10,665 bases of DNA from a bacterium (GTDB lineage: Bacteria; Hinthialibacterota; Hinthialibacteria; Hinthialibacterales; Hinthialibacteraceae), in contig JBHGBC010000189.1 of NCBI GenBank assembly GCA_041946805.1, positions 1 to 10,665 of the forward strand. The letters run 5' to 3'. The notes beneath the pieces were generated by a model, which saw nothing but the letters and a program-made list of their open reading frames with translations, ran no database searches and was not told the origin of the DNA. This document shows, piece after piece, positions 10,025 through 10,665 of this stretch. Position 1 is the stretch's first letter. Each line of letters begins with the position of its first letter. A program made the translations under genes and the position numbers.

Positions 10025-10665
10025 CGTATTTCACCGAATTGGTTTAAGTAATGTTCTAAAGATCCATGGTTTTGTAGAATGTGAAAATGAAATTCCAATG
10101 TCAGGCGGAATAGTTCATCTTCTTCAGGATTTTTACACAACGTTTCAAGAATGTCTAAACCTTCAGAAGATTTCATGTGAAATAGAGCGGTGGAAGCACA
10201 TGAACGAATCTGATATCTCCGATAAGATATCGGTGAATACGTAGTCTCACCAGCTTTAGCCAATATTTCAGATCTCATTTCAGTTTGATTCTGCCCTGAA
10301 TCCCGTATAATAACGATGTCATTACGGCCAAATTCCGATTTAATTTTGCCTTGAAGTAATTCATCATTCATTTGTTTTAGATTCTCATCAAAAACAATGA
10401 CAAACGACTTTTGGGGGATAGTATGTATTCCCCAATTCTTATCATTATATAAAATAGGCCATTCATGATTAAAATAATCATGATCGCTAACGACGGAAAT
10501 CAAGTATGATTCTATCTCTGAATCATTATTTCCAATGAATCCTAAGTTAGAATAAATGGGTAAGCATGCTGAAATATCCATCGATGATTTTGCCGAGCGG
10601 ATAGGCGATTCGTCCATCATGATTTCCCGGCCTTGATCATCGATGACGTAGGTCTCCACCGGGCG
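10021..10665 (-). CDS. 5'-partial CDS: fragment paralogous to the 843-aa protein N-terminal domain, fused to a HEAT-like helical region
   Basis: Frame is open to the window edge (CGC CCG GTG...), so GTG 10659 is probably not the start. RPVETYVIDDQG matches RLVETCVLDDQG of the 843-aa protein. Tail has HEAT-like segments (IRSCASTALFHMKSSEGLDILETLCKNPEED). Confidence 0.65.
   Translation of the reverse strand, partial: RPVETYVIDDQGREIMMDESPIRSAKSSMDISACLPIYSNLGFIGNNDSEIESYLISVVSDHDYFNHEWPILYNDKNWGIHTIPQKSFVIVFDENLKQMNDELLQGKIKSEFGRNDIVIIRDSGQNQTEMRSEILAKAGETTYSPISYRRYQIRSCASTALFHMKSSEGLDILETLCKNPEEDELFRLTLEFHFHILQNHGSLEHYLNQFGEIR

Overview
All credible genes are on the minus strand. A very GC-rich class II (B12-dependent) ribonucleotide reductase gene, nrdJ (4727-7525), sits in the middle. 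It has a fused TSCPD domain and Zn-ribbon, plus a sigma70-like promoter overlapped by NrdR boxes. On both sides are more AT-rich genes for predicted exported proteins. Left of nrdJ are an 843-aa secreted protein (DNRLRE + Ig-like + C-terminal metzincin-type protease), a 303-aa secreted beta-sandwich protein and an LVIVD-like propeller. Right of nrdJ are an edge-truncated ORF, a 290-aa secreted protein and a TolB/PD40-like propeller. The first visible codons of the truncated ORF are homologous to the N-terminal domain of the 843-aa protein, then switch to an unrelated HEAT-like tail. The two flanks look like parallel three-gene cassettes, and their middle genes share a near-C-terminal S-x-[IV]-x-K-W motif. 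This suggests a modular, possibly polymorphic, secreted-protein system with its own sorting signal. No RNA genes, transposases, integrases or CRISPR arrays were seen. Domain calls come from motif recognition by eye, not database searches.
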